Shown here: piece after piece, positions 47,131 to 58,797 of the stretch
Position numbering within the stretch: position 1 is the first letter of the stretch
Layout of the letters: each line of letters starts with the position of its first letter
NCBI RefSeq assembly: GCF_902713615.1
Contig: NC_052163.1
Location: forward strand, 42,456,878-42,520,877
Length of the DNA stretch: 64,000 bases
Source of the DNA: Scyliorhinus canicula
Lineage: Eukaryota
Direction of reading: 5' to 3'
The notes under the pieces: generated by a model
Database searches by the model: none
What the model saw: only the letters and a program-made list of their open reading frames with translations
Told to the model about the DNA's origin: nothing
Program-made: the position numbers and the translations under genes

Positions 47131-49559
47131 AAGGCAATTATGGGCTGAAAGGCCTTTTCTTACTCTGGATAATCTCATACTATATTTGATATTGCACTTT
47201 GCACGAACCTGTATATCTACCAGGCAAGGTTAACTATCATTATTGTAAATTACTGCAGATGCTGGAAATCTGAAATTAATGCAGGGAAATCTCAGCATGT
47301 CTGGTAGCACCTGGGGAGAGGGAAACAGTGATAACGTTTCAAGTTATACAGACTTGAAGGTTAAATATAAACCTACTCTAGATAAATAAAAACCTATTGA
47401 TGAATGTAAATCTATTGATGACTATAAACCTACTCCAGATAAATATAAACCTGCTATAGATTAATATAAACCTACAGACTGATATAGACCTACTTTAGAT
47501 TGGGGCTGGTTTAGCTGGTTACAGAATGGCAGCGTCCCCCCCCCCCCGTCCCCTCCCGTATCCCTGCCCCCACGCCCGGCCGAGATACCACAAAATACTC
47601 ACTCTTGTCTAGATTCAGCTTGTACCCCGCGAAAGACCCAAACCCTCGAAGCAGCTCCAATATTCCCCCTATTGACACACTCGGTTCTGACAAGTATAAC
47701 AGCAAGTCATCGGCATATAAGGACACCTATGCTCTATTCACCCCCCCTCCCCCCCCCGCACTATTCCTTTCCATACCTCCGAACTTCTTACTGCGATGGC
47801 CAATGGCTCAATCGCGAGTGCAAACAGCAGGGGGGACATAGTGCCACGGTGGAGAGAAAAGTATCTCGAGCTGATGTTGTTTGTGCAGACATGTGCCTTT
47901 GGCTCCTTATATAGTAGCTTTACCCAATTCACAAACCTTGGTCCAATCCCAAACCGCTCCAGAACTGCCATCAAGTACCCCCATTGTTCCCGGTTGAAAG
48001 CCTTCTCAGCGTCCAATGCCACAGCCATCTCTGTTTCCTTCCCCTCCGCTGGTGCCATAATGACGTTCAGTACCCTTCTAATGTTTGAAAAGAGCTGCCT
48101 CCCTCTCATAAACCCCGTCTGATCTTCACCTATCACCTTCGGGAGGCACTCCTCCAGCCTACCCGCCAGTACCTTCGTCAATATTTTTGCGTCCAGATTC
48201 AGAAGTGATATGGGCCTATACAACCCACACTCCGTCGGATCATAGAACATAGAACATAGAACAGTACAGCACAGAACAGGCCCTTCAGCCCTCAATGTTG
48301 TGCCGAGCCATGATCACCCTACCCAAACCCACGTATCCACCCTATACCCGTAACCCAACAACCCCCCCCCAACCTTACTTTTATTAGGACACTACGGGCA
48401 ATTTAGCATGGCCAATCCACCTAACCCGCACATCTTTGGACTGTGGGAGGAAACCGGAGCACCCGGAGGAAACCCACGCACACAGGGGGAGGACGTGCAG
48501 ACTCCACACAGACAGTGACCCAGCCGGGAATCGAACCTGGGACCCTGGAGCTGTGAAGCATTTATGCTAACCACCATGCTACCCTGCTGCCCCTGAATCC
48601 TTATCCTTATCTCCTTATCTGGATCCTTATCTTTTTTTAGCAACAGGGAGATCGATGCCTGCCCCAAGGTTTCTGGCACCACCCCCTTCTCTGTTGCCTC
48701 TTCAAACATCCCCACCATCAGGGGTGCCAGCTTATCCTTGAATTTTTTATAATATTCCACCAGAAACCCATCCGGCCCTGCCACCTTCCCCGACTGCAAC
48801 CTCCCAATCGTATCCTTTATCTCCTGCTCCCCTATCGCTCCTTCTAATGTAGCCCTGTCCCCCTTCCCCTAACCTTAGGTACTCCAACCCATCTAGAAAT
48901 TCCTGCATCTCACAATCTCCCCGGGTGGCTCTGACCTGTACAACCTCTCATAAAATTCCTCAAAAACCTTGTTAATCAGATCCGGCGCCACCACCAACTT
49001 CCCTGCCCTGTCCCTCACCTGCACAATTTCCCTTGCCGCTGCTTCCCTCCGGAGCTGACCTGCTAACAGACACCCCGCCTTATCTCCATGTTCGTAAACT
49101 GCACCCCTTGCTCGCCTCAGTTGGCGCACCACCTTCCTGGTAGATAGTCGGTCAAAGCTCGCCTGTAGCTCCTTCCTCTTTTCCAGCTCTGCTGGGTCCC
49201 CATCCCCTGCATAACTCCTATCTATCTCCAACATAGAACATAGAGAACGTAGAGAAATACAGCACAGAACAGGCCCTTCGGCCCACGATGTTGTGCCGAA
49301 CTTTTGCCCTAGGTTAATCATAGATCATAGAATTTTGGACACTAAGGGCAATTTATCATGGCCAATCCAGATCTTTGGACTGTGGGAGGAAACCGGAGCA
49401 CCCGGAGGAAACCCACACACACACGGGGAGGATGTGCAGACTCCACACAGACAGTGACCCAAGCCAAAATCGAACCTGGGACCCTGGAGCTGTGAAGCAA
49501 TTGTGCTATCCAAAATGCTACCGTGCTGCCCTTAAGAACAAATTAATCTACAGTCCATT

Positions 49560-52370
49560 ATTCTACCATAATCTATGTACCTATTCAATAGCCGCTTGAA
49601 GGTCCCTAATGTTTCCGACTCAACTACTGCCACAGGCAGTGCATTCCATGCCCCCACTACTCTCTAGGTAAAGAACCTACCTCTGACATCCCCCCTATAT
49701 CTTCCACCATTTACCTTAAATTTATGTCCCCTTGTAATGGTTTGTCCACCCGGGGAAAAAGTCTCTGACTGTCTACTCTATCTATTCCCCTGATCACCTT
49801 ATAAACCTCTATCAAGTCACCCCTCATCCTTCTCTGTTCTAATGAGAAAAGGCCTAGCACCCTCAACCTTTCCTCGTAAGACATACTCTCCATTCCAGGC
49901 AACATCCTGGTAAATCTCCTTTGCACCTTTTCCAAAGCTTCCACATCCTTCCTAAAATGAGGTGACCAGAACTGCACACAGTACTCCAAATGTGCCTTAC
50001 CAAGGATTTGTACAGCTGCATCATCACCTCATGGCTCTTAAATTCAATCCCTCTGCTAATGAACGCTAGCACACCATAGGTCTTCTTCACAGCTCTATCC
50101 ACTTGAGTGGCAACTTTCAAAGATCTATAAACATAGACCCCAAGATCTCTCTGCTCCTCTACATTGCCAAGAACCCTACCGTTAACCCTGTATTCCACAT
50201 TCATATTTGTCCTTCCAAAATGGACAACCTCACACTTGTCAGGGTTAAACTCCATCTGCCACTTCTCAGCCCAGCTCTGCATCCTATCTATGTCTCTTTG
50301 CAGCTGACAACAGCCCTCCTCACTATCCACAACACCACCAATCTTCATATCATCTGCAAATTTACTGACCCACCCTTCAACTCCCTCATCCAAGTCATTA
50401 ATGAAAATCACAAACAGCAGAGGATCCAGAACTGATCCCTGCGGTACGCCACTGGTAACTGGGCTCCTGGCTGAATATTTGCCATCCACCACCACTCTCT
50501 GACTTCTATCGGTTAGCCAGTTCGGTAACCAACTGGCCAAATTTCCCACTATCCCATGCCTCCTTACTTTCTGCATAAGCCTACCATGGAGAACCTTATC
50601 AAATGCCTTACTAAAATCCACGTACACTACATCCACTGCTTTACCTTCATCCACATGCTTGGTCACCTCCTCAAAGAAGTCAATAAGACTTGTAAGGCAA
50701 GACCTACCCCTCACAAATCCGTGCTGACTATCCCTAATCAAGCAGTGTCTTTCCAGATGCTCAGAAATCCTATCCCTCAGTACCCTTTCCATTGCTTTGC
50801 CTACCACCGAAGTAAGACTAACTGGCCTGTAATTCCCAGGGTTATCCCTATTCCCTTTTTTGAACAGGGGCACAACATTCGCCACTCTCCAATCCCCTGG
50901 TACCACCCCTGTTGACAGTGAGGACAAAAAGATCATTGCCAATGGCTCTGCAATTTCATTTCTTGCTTCCCATAGAATCCTTGGATATATCCCGTCAGGC
51001 CCGGGAGACTTGTCTATCCTCAAGTTTTTCAAAATGCCCAACACATCTTCCTTCCTAACAAGTATCTCCTCGAGCTTACCAGTCTGTTTCACACTGTCCT
51101 CTCCAACAATATGGCCCCTCTCGTTTGTAAATACTGAAGAAAAATACTCGTTCAAGACTTCTCCTATCTCTTCAGACTCAATACACAATCTCCCGCTACT
51201 GTCCTTGATCGGACCCACCCTCGCTCTAGTCATTCTCATATTTCTCACATATGTGTAAAAGGCCTTGGGGTTTTCCTTGATCCTACCCGCCAAAGATTTT
51301 TCATGCCCTCTCTTAGCTCTCCTAATCCCTTTCTTCAGTTCCCTCCTGGCTATCTTGTATCCCTCCAGCGCCCTGTCTGAACCTTGTTTCCTCAGCCTTA
51401 CATAAGTCTCCTTCTTCCTCTTAACAAGACATTCAACCTCTCTTGTCAACCATGGTTCCCTCACTCGACCATCTCTTCCCTGCCTGACAAGGACATACAT
51501 ATCAAAGACACGCAGTACCTGTTCCTTGAACAAGTTCCACATTTCACTTGTGTCCTTCCCTGACAGCCTATGTTCCCAACTCATACACTTGAATTCTTGT
51601 CTGACAGCATTGTATTTACCCTTCCCCCAATTGTAAACCTTGCCCTGTTGCACGCACCTATCCCTCTCCATTACTAAAGTGAAAGTCACAGAATTGTGGT
51701 TACTACCTCCAAAATGCTCCCCCACTAACAAATCTATCACCTGCCCTGGTTCATTACCAAGTACCAAATCCAATATGGCCTCCCCTGTGGTGGGACAATC
51801 TACATACTGTGTTAGAAAAGCTTCCTGGACACACTGCACAAACACCACCCCATCCAAACTATTTGATCTAAAGAGTTTCCACTCAATATTTGGGAAGTTG
51901 AAGTCACCCATGACTACTACTCTGTGACTTCTGCACCTTTCCAAAATCTGTTTCCCAATCTGTTCCTCCACATCTCTGATGCTATTGGAGGGCCTATAGA
52001 AAACTCCCAACAAGGTGACTGCTCCTTTCCTATTTCTGACTTCAACCCATACTACCTGAGTAGGCAGATCCTCCTCGAACTGCCTTTCTGCAGCTGTTAT
52101 ACTATCTCTAATTAACAATGCCACCCCCCCATCTCTTTTACCATCCTCCCTAATCTTGTTGAAACATCTATAACCAGGGACCTCCAACAACCATTTCTGC
52201 CCCTCTTCTATCCAAGTTTCCGTGATGGCCACCACATCGTAGTCCCAAGTACCGATCCATGCCTTAAGTTCACCCACCTTATTCCTGATGCTTCTTGCGT
52301 TGAAGTATACACACTTCAACCCATCTCCTTGCCTGCAAGTACTCTCCTTTGTCAGTGTTACCTTCCCCAC
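49560..52370 (-). pseudogene. CR1 ORF2 (APE endonuclease plus reverse transcriptase); 835-aa open stretch, frameshift near 49995
   Basis: YFNARSIRNK, ITETW, GDFNFP, NYRPVSLTS, GVPQGSVL, KFADDMK; continues EYCVQFWSPH in another frame. Confidence 0.93.
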
Positions 52371-52453
52371 TGCATCACTACTCGCTTTGGCGTCCTGAAT
52401 ATTGGCTTCCTTAGTTGCTGGACTACAAATCCGGTTCTCATTCCCCTGCCAAA

Positions 52454-53371
52454 TTAGTTTAAACCCTCCCGAAGACTACTAGAAAATTTCCCTCCCAGGA
52501 TATTGGTGCCCCTCTGGTTCAGATGCAACCCGTCCTGCTTGTACAGGTCCCACCTTCCCCAGAATGCGCTCCAATTATCCAAATACCTAAAGCCCTCCCT
52601 CCTACACCATTCCTGCAGCCACGTCTTCAACTGCACTCTCTCCCTATTCCTAGCCTCGCTATCACGTGGCACCGGCAACAAACCAGAGATGACAACTATG
52701 TCTGTCCTGGTCTTTAACTTCCAGCCTAACTCCCTAAACTGGTTTATTACCTCCACACCCCTTTTCCTACCTACGTCGTTGGTACCAATGTGCACCACGA
52801 CTTCTGGCTGCTCACCCTCCCCCTTCAGGGTCCTGAAGACACGATCCGAGACATCCCTGGCACCTGGGAGGCAACATACCTTCCGGGAGTCTCGCTCGCG
52901 ACCACAGAATCTCCTATCTATTCCCCTATTGAATCTCCTTTTACTATTGCTTTTCTATTCTCCCCTCTTCCCTTCTGAGCCCCAGAACCAGACAGTGCCA
53001 GAGACCTGGCCGCTAGGGCCTTCCCCCGGTAGGTCATCACCCCCAACAGCATCCAAAACGGTATACTTGTTTTGAAGGGGAACGGCCACGAGGGATCCCT
53101 GCACTGTCTGCCTGTTAGTTTTCTCTCCCCTGACTGTAACCCAGCTACTCTTGTCCAGTACCTTGGATGTGGCTACCTCCCTGTAACTCTTCTCGATAAC
53201 CCCCTCTGCCTCCCGGATGATCCGAAGTTCATCCAGCTCCAATTCCCTAACACAGTCTCTGATGAGCTGGAGTTGGGTGCATTTCCCACAGGTATAGTCA
53301 GCGGGGACACCGGTGGTATCCCTCACCACCCACATCCTACAGGAGGAGCATGCAACTTCCCTAGCCTCCAT
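52454..53371 (-). pseudogene. CR1 ORF1 (zinc finger/coiled coil plus SGNH esterase domain), frameshifted
   Basis: CSSCRMW...CGKC, VHIGTND, DGLHLN motifs. Confidence 0.88.
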
Positions 53372-53525
53372 CCCTTCTTACTTTACTGAGTATAGCTGCC
53401 CTGTGGACCAACTGGACCTCCGCCATCCGATACTGCTTCCAGTCAGCTGCACTCTAAACTCCTGGCTCCCTTCTCGCTCTTTGCGGAAATGAAATGAAAG
53501 GAGCACCTTTCTCCCTCCTCACCTA

Positions 53526-53987
53526 ACTCCCTCAGTCACCAAACTCTCACTGTAGCACTCAAATGCACCAAGTTCAGCACTCCCTCAGTCACCAAACTCT
53601 CACTGTAGCACTCAAATGCACCAAGTTCAGCACTCCCTCAGTCACCAAACTCTCACTGTGGCACTCAAATACACCAAGTTCAGCACTCCAGTGCAAACAA
53701 AGTCTGCACTGTAGCAGGATCCTTTTTATCCTGTGAATCTAGCCTCTAAAAACTGGCTAATCCAATTAACTAATTAACAAGCTCCAGCTGCAAGTACCTA
53801 CAAGTAGAACCTTGTTTAAGGCTGATTCAAAATTCACCTTCTTCTAAACCAAACAGTAACTTTTAAGTTAATTAACTAAGTAAAAGAAAACTAGACTTTA
53901 GATAAAAATGAACTTTTATACTCCCTCAGTCACCAAACTCTCACTGTAGCACTCAAATGCACCAAGTTCAGCACTCCAGTGCAAACA
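53526..53987. repeat. 53-bp tandem repeat in the CR1 5' UTR (3 copies at 53526-53699, a fourth at 53920-53987)
   Basis: Unit ACTCCCTCAGTCACCAAACTCTCACTGTAGCACTCAAATGCACCAAGTTCAGC starts at 53526, 53579, 53632 and 53920. Confidence 0.9.
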
Positions 53988-54319
53988 CCTAGGTCATCTA
54001 TTACCCTCTGCTGCTCCAATCTCTCCTCCTTGTCCACCCTGGCCTTAAATGAGATCACCTCCCCCCTCACCACCGCCTTTAGAACCTCCCAGACGACCGC
54101 CTTCGACGCCTCACCCGTACAGTTGAAACCTACATATTCCTTAATTAACTTTTCAATTTTGTCACAGAACACTTGGTCCCCCAAATGTCCCACATCTAAT
54201 TTCCACCCTAGTCTCTGCGCTACCCCCTCCTCCAGCACCATATACACCCATTGCGGAGCGTGATCTGACACTGCAATTGCCGAGTATTCCGACCCCTTAA
54301 CCCCAGCCAACGAAGCCTT

Positions 54320-54450
54320 GGATGAAGGCAAATTACTGCGGATGCTGGAATCTGAAATGAAAGGGAAAATGCTGGAAAATCTCAGCAAGTCTGGCAGCAT
54401 CTATAGGGAGAGAAAAGAGCTAACGTTTCGAGTCCGATGACTCTTTGTCA
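54320..54450 (-). mobile_element. Short Penelope pLTR insertion with hammerhead-like motif and 7-bp TSD
   Basis: TSD AAGCCTT (54313-54319, 54451-54457); - strand TTGACAAA-GAGTC-ATCG-GACTC-GAAACGTT. Confidence 0.75.
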
Positions 54451-55157
54451 AAGCCTTTCCCACCACAAAAAAGTTGATCCGCGAATATACCTTGTGGACT
54501 GCTGAGAAAAACGTGTACTCCCGCTCCCTCGGGTTCAGAAACCTCCAAGGGTCCACCCCTCCTATTTCCACCATTAGCCCAGATTTGCCCCCCCCCCCTC
54601 CCCTCTCCTCCCCCGATGGGGCCAGCAAGCGCGGCCGTGACCTGTCCAACCTTGGCTCCTGCACCAAGTTCCAGTCCCCCCCCGCCCTATCAGTTTGTGT
54701 GTCCCCAAGTCGGGGATGGCCCCAAACACCTTCTTTGCGAATCCCACATCATCCCAATTGGGGCCATATACACTTAACAGCGCCACTAGCCTACCCTCCA
54801 GCGCCCCTGTCACAATCACATATCTACCCCCCTGATCTGCCACCACCTTCTACTGTGAAGAAATGTAAACCTACTAGAGATTGATCTAAACCTACCAGGG
54901 ACTAATATGAGCGAACTTTATATTAATATAAACCTACTGTGAGGAATTTATAAAACTATAGATTAATATAAACCTACTGTAAGGAAATATAAACCAATAG
55001 ATTAATATAACCCTACTGTAAGGAAATATAAACCTATAGATTAATATAAACCTACTGTAAGGAAATATGAACCCATAGATAAATATAACCCTACTATAAG
55101 GAAATATAAACCTATACATTAAAAGAAACCTTCTCTCGATGAATATATACAATGAGA

Positions 55158-56592
55158 TATAGAACATAGAACATAGAACGATACAGCGCAGTACAGGCCC
55201 TTCGGCCCTCGATGTTGCACCGACATGGAAAAAAAACTAAAGGCCATCTAACCTACACTATGCCCTTATCATCCATATGCTTATCCAATAAATTTTTAAA
55301 TGCCCTCAATGTTGGCGAGTTCACTACTGTTGCAGGTAGGGCATTCCACGGCCTCACCACTCTTTGCGTAAAAAACCCACCTCTGACCTCTGTCCTATAT
55401 CTATTACCCCTCAATTTAAGGCTATGTCCCCTCGTGCTAGCCACCTCCATCCGCGGGAGAAGGCTCTCGCTGTCCACCCTATCTAACCCTCTGATCATTT
55501 TGTATGCCTCTATTAAGTCACCTCTTAACCTTCTTCTCTCTAACGAAAACAACCTCAAGTCCATCAGCCTTTCCTCATAAGATTTTCCCTCCATACCAGG
55601 CAACATCCTGGTAAATCTCCTCTGCACCCGTTCCAAAGCTTCCACGTCCTTCCTATAATGAGGCGACCAGAACTGTACGCAATACTCCAAATGCGGCCGT
55701 ACTAGAGTTTTGTACAACTGCAACATGACCTCATGGCTCCGGAACTCAATCCCTCTACCAATAAAGGCCAACACACCATAGGCCTTCTTCACAACCCTAT
55801 CAACCTGGGTGGCAACTTTCAGGGATCTATGTACATGGACACCGAGATCCCTCTGCTCATCCACACTACCAAGAATTTTACCATTAGCCAAATATTCCGC
55901 ATTCCTGTTATTCTTTCCAAAGTGAATCACCTCACACTTCTCCACATTAAACTCCATTTGCCACCTCTCAGCCCAGGTCTGCAGCTTATCTATGTCCCTC
56001 TGTAACCTGCAACATCCTTCCGCACTGTCTACAACTCCACCGACTTTAGTGTCGTCTGCAAATTTACTCACCCATCCTTCTGCACCCTCCTCTAGGTCAT
56101 TTATAAAAATGACAAACAGCAACGGCCCCAGAACAGATCCTTGTGGTATGCCACTCGTAACTGAACTCCATTCTGAACATTTCCCATCAACTACCACTCT
56201 CTGTCTTCTTTCAACTAGCCAATTTCTGATCCACATCTCTAAATCACCCTCAATCCCCAGCCTCCGTATTTTCTGCAATAGCCGACCGTGGGGAACCTTA
56301 TCAAACGCTTTACTGAAATCCATATACACCACATCAACTGCTCTACCCTCGTCTACCTGTTCAGTCACCTTCTCAAAGAACTCGATAAGGTTTGTGAGGC
56401 ATGACCCACCCTTCACAAAACCATGCTGACTATCCCTAATCATATTATTCCTATCTAGATGATTATAAATCGAATCTTTTATAATCCTCTCCAAGACTTT
56501 ACCCACCACAGACGTTAGGCTCACCGGCCTATAGTTACCGGGGTTATCTCTACTCCCCTTCTTGAACAAAGGGACCACATTTGCTATCCTCA
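55158..56592 (-). mobile_element. Young 5'-truncated CR1 LINE with intact RT ORF (446 aa)
   Basis: Open from ANVVPLFKKG through KFADDTK to the natural stop; (TTCTATG)n tail. Confidence 0.95.
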
Positions 56593-56979
56593 AATGCTAT
56601 AGTCCTATAGATTAATATAAACCCATAGATTAATATAACCCTACTGTAAGGAAATAGAAACCTATAGATTAATATAAAGCTGATGTAAGGAAATATAAAC
56701 CTACTATAGATTAATATATACCTACTGTGAAGAAATCTAAATCTAAAGATTAAGATAAACCTGCTGTAAGGAAATATAAACCTGCTCAGGATTAAAATTA
56801 ACTTGTTACAAATAGACATAATCCTACTTTAGATAAAGAAGACTTAAGGGAGTCAATTAAGGTAAAATTAAATCATTATGGTGAAAACGTTGCATTATAA
56901 CGATACTGGCTAATCCATACGATGCAGCGTGAAATTTTATTTTTCCAATTAACACGATTACAGTAGAAGATTTTTTAAA

Positions 56980-57395
56980 ATAATGGATCGAACGCAAAAT
57001 GTGTTGCCGAGAAAGGGAAGAACCTCCAGGAGGCGCCAATTCCGATTGAAGCCAGCAGGTGTCCCTGGAAAACCCTCTCCGCCCGCCCGCCCTGCACAAC
57101 CTCGCGCGTCTGAATGAACCGAGCAAAACACCAGAAGCACATCGCTAGCGTCCTAAATGCAGCCGCACTCTCTCCAGCTACGTTTCACTTCAGCGTTGAA
57201 CACCTTTTAAACCATGGGTGCAAATCCGTCATGGTACTGCAGGAATTGACGAGCAAAGGAGCTGGGGGGTTTAAAAAAAATAATAAAGTACCTGTGTTTC
57301 CTTGTTGAATTTAAAAATCATGGAGAACGAAAAGGCATGCGCAAAACATTACGGATCTCTTGAATCAACAACGTGGAATGCAGACAATGCAAAAG
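56980..57395 (+). promoter_or_regulatory. CpG-enriched unique region: possible promoter and first exon of an unidentified gene (candidate CDS 57320-57395)
   Basis: Unique sequence with many CpGs, CCAAT, CCGCCCGCCCGCCC GC boxes; aaaatcATGG...AAAAG|gtaaaa encodes MENEKACAKHYGSLESTTWNADNAK. Confidence 0.45.
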
Positions 57396-58255
57396 GTAAA
57401 ATAAAATGTCAGATCCTAACACGGTGTTTGGTTTTATTCGCGCGTTTCTTCCACAGAGACCGAAAAGAAACATTGGCCAGGGGAAAACCTGTGAAACAAT
57501 GCCTTGTCCATGTCACTGTCGGGTATATATATATATATATATAAAAGTGCTTCGTTTGGTTTCCTCAAAGTTAAAATGATCTTACTGAACCTGCCACTCA
57601 TCACTGCCACATATCCATGTATTTTATTTGTTTTTTTTGTAGACGAATGTCTTGAAATACATTGAAGGGTCTCCTGGTTGGAGACACAGGTCAATCCTAA
57701 ACGCTGCTTTGCGGGCTTCTGATGTGGTCATGTTTGGGGGAATTGTCAGGAATGCTCACAGCCCCGTCAGTTTAAAAACAAAATCACTTCAGATATAAAA
57801 GTTTTCTCCTGTTAAAATCTAGTCCTTTTTTTTGATGTTTGGCAGGCGACATCTGCCCTTTTACTCTAAAGACTGAGTTAAAATGCTTGTTGCGTGCAAG
57901 AAAAGCAACACAGATGGTGGCAGCCCGTTCAAAACTCACATCTACAGAGGTTCCTGTGTGTTACAAGGTAGAGAGGCCGGCATTACAAAGCCGCTGAACC
58001 AAGAGGTGGAGGTTTCAACACTACAACTCAGCCCCAAATAAGCAGAGTCTCGAATACGGTAAACATCGCTAATTTCATCAGAGGTCCAATGGTAATGTTT
58101 GGATCAAACATAACATTTCTCTATTTAACAATGCGCAATATTAGAACCCAAGAGTTGTAAGGAAATAAGAATTAGGTGTTCACACCAACCGGAGAGGAAA
58201 GAGCCTGCTATTTAAAGTGTTTTTTTTGATTTGGGAGCAACACCATCTGTTATAC

Positions 58256-58797
58256 CGGCACGGTAGCACAGTGGTTAGCATTGTAGCTTCACAGCGCCAG
58301 AGTCCCAGGTTTGATTCCTGGCTTGGGTCACTGTCTGTGTGGAGTCTGCACATTCTCCCCTGTGTCCGCATGGGTTTCCTCCCACAAGTCCCGAAAGACG
58401 TGCTTGTTAGGTGAATTGGATATTCTGAATTCTCCCTCTGTATATCCGAACAGGTGCTGTAATGTGGCGACGAGGGGATTTTCACAGTACCTTCATTGCA
58501 GTGTTAATGTAAGCCTACTTGTGACACTAATAAAGATTATTATATTTGCACTTAAGGGCAGCACGGTGGCCTAGTGGTTAGCACAACTGCCTCACGGTGC
58601 TGAGGCCCCAGGTTCGATCCCGGCTCTGGGTCACTGTCCGTGTGAAGTTTGCACATTCTCCCCGTGTCTGCGTGGGTTTCGCCCCCACAACCCAAAAATG
58701 TGCAGAGTAGGTGGATTGGCCACACTAAATTGCCCCTTAATTGGAAAAAATAATTGGGTAATCTAAATTTATAAAAAAAAAAATTTTTTAAATAAAA
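58256..58797 (+). mobile_element. Two adjacent SINEs (58256-58543 Rex-like tail; 58557-58797 poly(A) tail with TSD ATATTTGCACTTAAG)
   Basis: Heads, tails and TSD visible. Confidence 0.88.

Larger units (their letters stand above)
49231..53987 (-). mobile_element. Near full-length CR1 (HER1-like) LINE
   Basis: Repetitive 5' UTR, ORF1, ORF2, 3' UTR containing a SINE (49325-49531), and (TTCTATG)n-type tail. Confidence 0.95.
47510..54850 (-). mobile_element. L1-clade ORF2 fragment (EN to RT) hosting nested insertions
   Basis: Colinear: GRYVIVTG...VYGPNWDD, YSRINFFVVGK, SDHAP, GPDGFLVEYYK, DAEKAFNR, SLYADDLLLY. Interrupted at 48240-48592 (SINE), 49231-53987 (CR1) and 54320-54450 (Penelope end). 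Confidence 0.9.
47360..56835. repeat. AT-rich minisatellite (TAAACCTACTGTAAGGAAATA / TAAACCTATAGATTAATA units) split into three blocks: 47360-47500, 54850-55135, 56600-56835
   Basis: The same alternating 21- and 18-bp units appear in all three blocks, separated by retroelement insertions. Confidence 0.85.

Noticed and set aside
53526-53987. CRISPR-like regularly repeated sequence
   Set aside because: Contiguous tandem monomers without unique spacers, inside a CR1 5' UTR in a eukaryote; no cas genes.
54934-56819. ORFs with FIFPYSRFILIY repeats
   Set aside because: Translations of the AT-rich minisatellite.
6389-58574. Many recurring 60-90-aa ORFs such as GHCLCGVCTFSPCLRGFPPGAPVSSHSPK
   Set aside because: They are translations of the HE1-type SINE, not a gene family.
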